DNA of 64,000 nucleotides from Bispira polyomma. Taxonomy: Eukaryota. Below are positions 61,959-64,000 of this stretch, piece after piece; position 1 is the stretch's first letter; every line of letters starts with the position of its first letter. Location: contig OZ287752.1 in the NCBI GenBank assembly GCA_965649765.1, positions 52,948,001 to 53,012,000 of the forward strand, given 5' to 3'. The notes beneath the pieces were generated by a model. The model made no database searches. It was given only the letters and a program-made list of their open reading frames with translations, and was not told where the DNA came from. The translations under genes and the position numbers were made by a program.

Positions 61959-63140
61959 TCATTCTGCAAAGCCACTGCCACCACGTTCAGGAAGTAGCCC
62001 TTGAGTATCCATCTGTTCCTTGCCTGCCCTGGTGGGATTGCTATTGACAATTGGGTTATTATCTCCTGCAAGTGTTTCCTGTAGGATGGGTGGGTTGTCT
62101 TCTTGATTTTGGTGCTGTATTGCCTTGTTTATAGTAGCGGTTCTCATCACATTGTGTAGGTTAGGGTTACTGTGTCTGGTTCTTGCTGCATGGTAGAGAG
62201 TAGAATCCTGAACCTCTGTACTAGGATCTTAAAGGAATTCTCGACCACCCTTCAGCCCCAGGAAATCCTGTAGTTGCAAATCCTCTCATTTAGGTCCATC
62301 CCTCGTCTGGAGAACGGTTTGATGAGCCAAGTATTCAATGCAAAGGCATCATCTCCAAAGATAAAGTAGGGGATGGGGTGCCTAAAGGGGCTAATGGCTT
62401 CATGAGGGGTGAAGTTGATGAACAGATCTTTTATCTTCTCCTTTAGTTCTGACCTATTGAATATCTGAGAATCTGAGCTGGACCCACTAGATCCCAGGTC
62501 GACCCACAGGAACCTGTACTCTGCATGCAACAAGGCCAGCATCACTATTAAGTGGAAGCTCTTATAGTTGAAGTATTCACTGCCCCTTTTCTTGGACGTC
62601 GAATAACAATACGTTTCCCATCTATGGCCACCGGGGCATTTGGTACATTCCATGTGTTCCTGAAGACAGACTCAACCTTTTTCTAATCCTTTGGGGTGAT
62701 GGGGCAGGCCAAAAACTATTCTTGAACTCTTCTATGATGGTCTGGTAAAACTGTGGCACGAACTTGATGATGCTTGACTTGCCCACTACAAAAGAGTACT
62801 ACACTGATGTGTATGACTACCCAGTTGCCAAATGTCTAACTTGAGTCCAGGGGACAGTGGTTTCCTGAATCAGGTAAGATGTTTCTCTATCCTGTACCCC
62901 ACCCTCCTCTCCATATCCTGGAATAATTCAGGGGGCATCCTCGAAAGTTCCTGTAAGACTAGAAATCTTGCACCTCCATGCGTGGCATAAGTGCTATGTA
63001 GTGACCATATTCTTCCCTTCCCGTAAGCCATGACCCAGAATCTACTTCTTGCTCTTCTTGTTGTGCCCACCTTACCTTGCACATCTGGATTCTCTGACTC
63101 TCAGAGACTTCTTATTCTTATTTTTCATTCAATGTCTATA
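61959..63140 (-). pseudogene. Harbinger DDE nuclease
   Basis: RFWV, LRHLATG, DGKR, YFNYKSFH, GSSSDSQIF, GDDAFAL, NYRIS. Confidence 0.9.
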
Positions 63141-64000
63141 GCTCAAGCTGCATGTAGGCAACTAAAACCTTGGAGACCTCTTGCAATATATATTAACCTC
63201 TGTAGAACCATCTCTTTCACTTGACTGAACAATAAAAACTGACTTGATACATTGTTCAAACCCCTTTATATATGTTTCTTGGGGCAATCTTGAGGTTGTG
63301 AGGTTTGCCCGAGTGTTAATGACCAGGATTTGGTCGGGAACAGTCAGGAGGGGGGCCGAGTTCACCTTGGGTACAACAATAGGTCATGTGTGGTTACGAC
63401 TTATTTTTTGGATCGGTACCAGCTAGAGGGATTTATCTTGGTCAGTCAAGGAGGTTGGTGTCATAGATTGTTGGTTCTTATGACCAATCCAGCCGATTTA
63501 TAGGCCTTATGAATGACTTATCTTTCCAGTCGTTAACCACTATGAGTATAATTAGGTGAAGCACATGTTCACGGGCTTTTTAACACAGAGTGGGGCACAA
63601 TGGGGTGAAATGCCTACGAATAACCACGATCAAATTATTGTGGCCTCGCCCAGATTGGTTGGCTAAATGTAGCAGGGGCTTTAATGTTTATTTATGAGGT
63701 GCAGTATATTTACATTTTTTTCTTAGATATAATATTAATATTATTTTAATATATAAAATTACACTTTTTTCCCTTCCCTCCTCTTGTGTTGGGGTTCCAG
63801 GAGTGTGACAAAAAAATGAATGAAAATGTTTATTATGGTTGGTATATACGGTGTGGACTTCTCTATGACATAAACCTTTCGATCATATTTTTATATTGTA
63901 TCACCTTTGTAGTCTTTGAAATATAATGCTTTATTACATTTCTATGTAAACAGGCATGTGAAAACAACTAATTTACTGGTTCGTTAATTCATTGAAACTT

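Larger units (their letters stand above)
52627..63680. mobile_element. Harbinger copy 3; Ngaro-3 probably inserted in its left subterminal region
   Basis: Candidate TIRs agcccctg (52627) and caggggct (63673-63680), TSDs imperfect; MADF (+) ~59960-61330 convergent with nuclease (-) 61959-63140. Confidence 0.65.

Overview
AT-rich metazoan DNA, most likely from a marine invertebrate. One host gene lies at the left: a two-coding-exon type I membrane receptor on the minus strand (1947-5323). The rest is a deeply nested transposon graveyard. It holds four PIF/Harbinger DNA-transposon copies, each with convergent HARBI1-type nuclease and MADF/Myb genes, and five Ngaro-type tyrosine-recombinase (YR) retrotransposons plus two remnants. 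Three of the Ngaro copies keep the full A1-gag-pol-YR-B1-A2-B2 split-direct-repeat layout. There are also a CR1-like LINE, L2 fragments, two tRNA-SINEs and a hAT MITE. Four observations stand out. (1) All seven Harbinger gene 3' ends visible in the window are followed by a replication-dependent-histone-type stem-loop (GGCCCTTTTCAGGGCCACC). (2) The Ngaro elements share a phase-1 splice donor in gag and a phase-1 acceptor just before the YR frame, predicting a spliced Gag-YR fusion. (3) A conserved, covarying RNA-like structure sits in the Ngaro A2-B2 spacer, and a shared ACTG^TGAA junction integrates without a TSD. (4) The CR1 ORF1 carries an IMPACT/YigZ (UPF0029) domain. All calls were made by eye; no searches were run.
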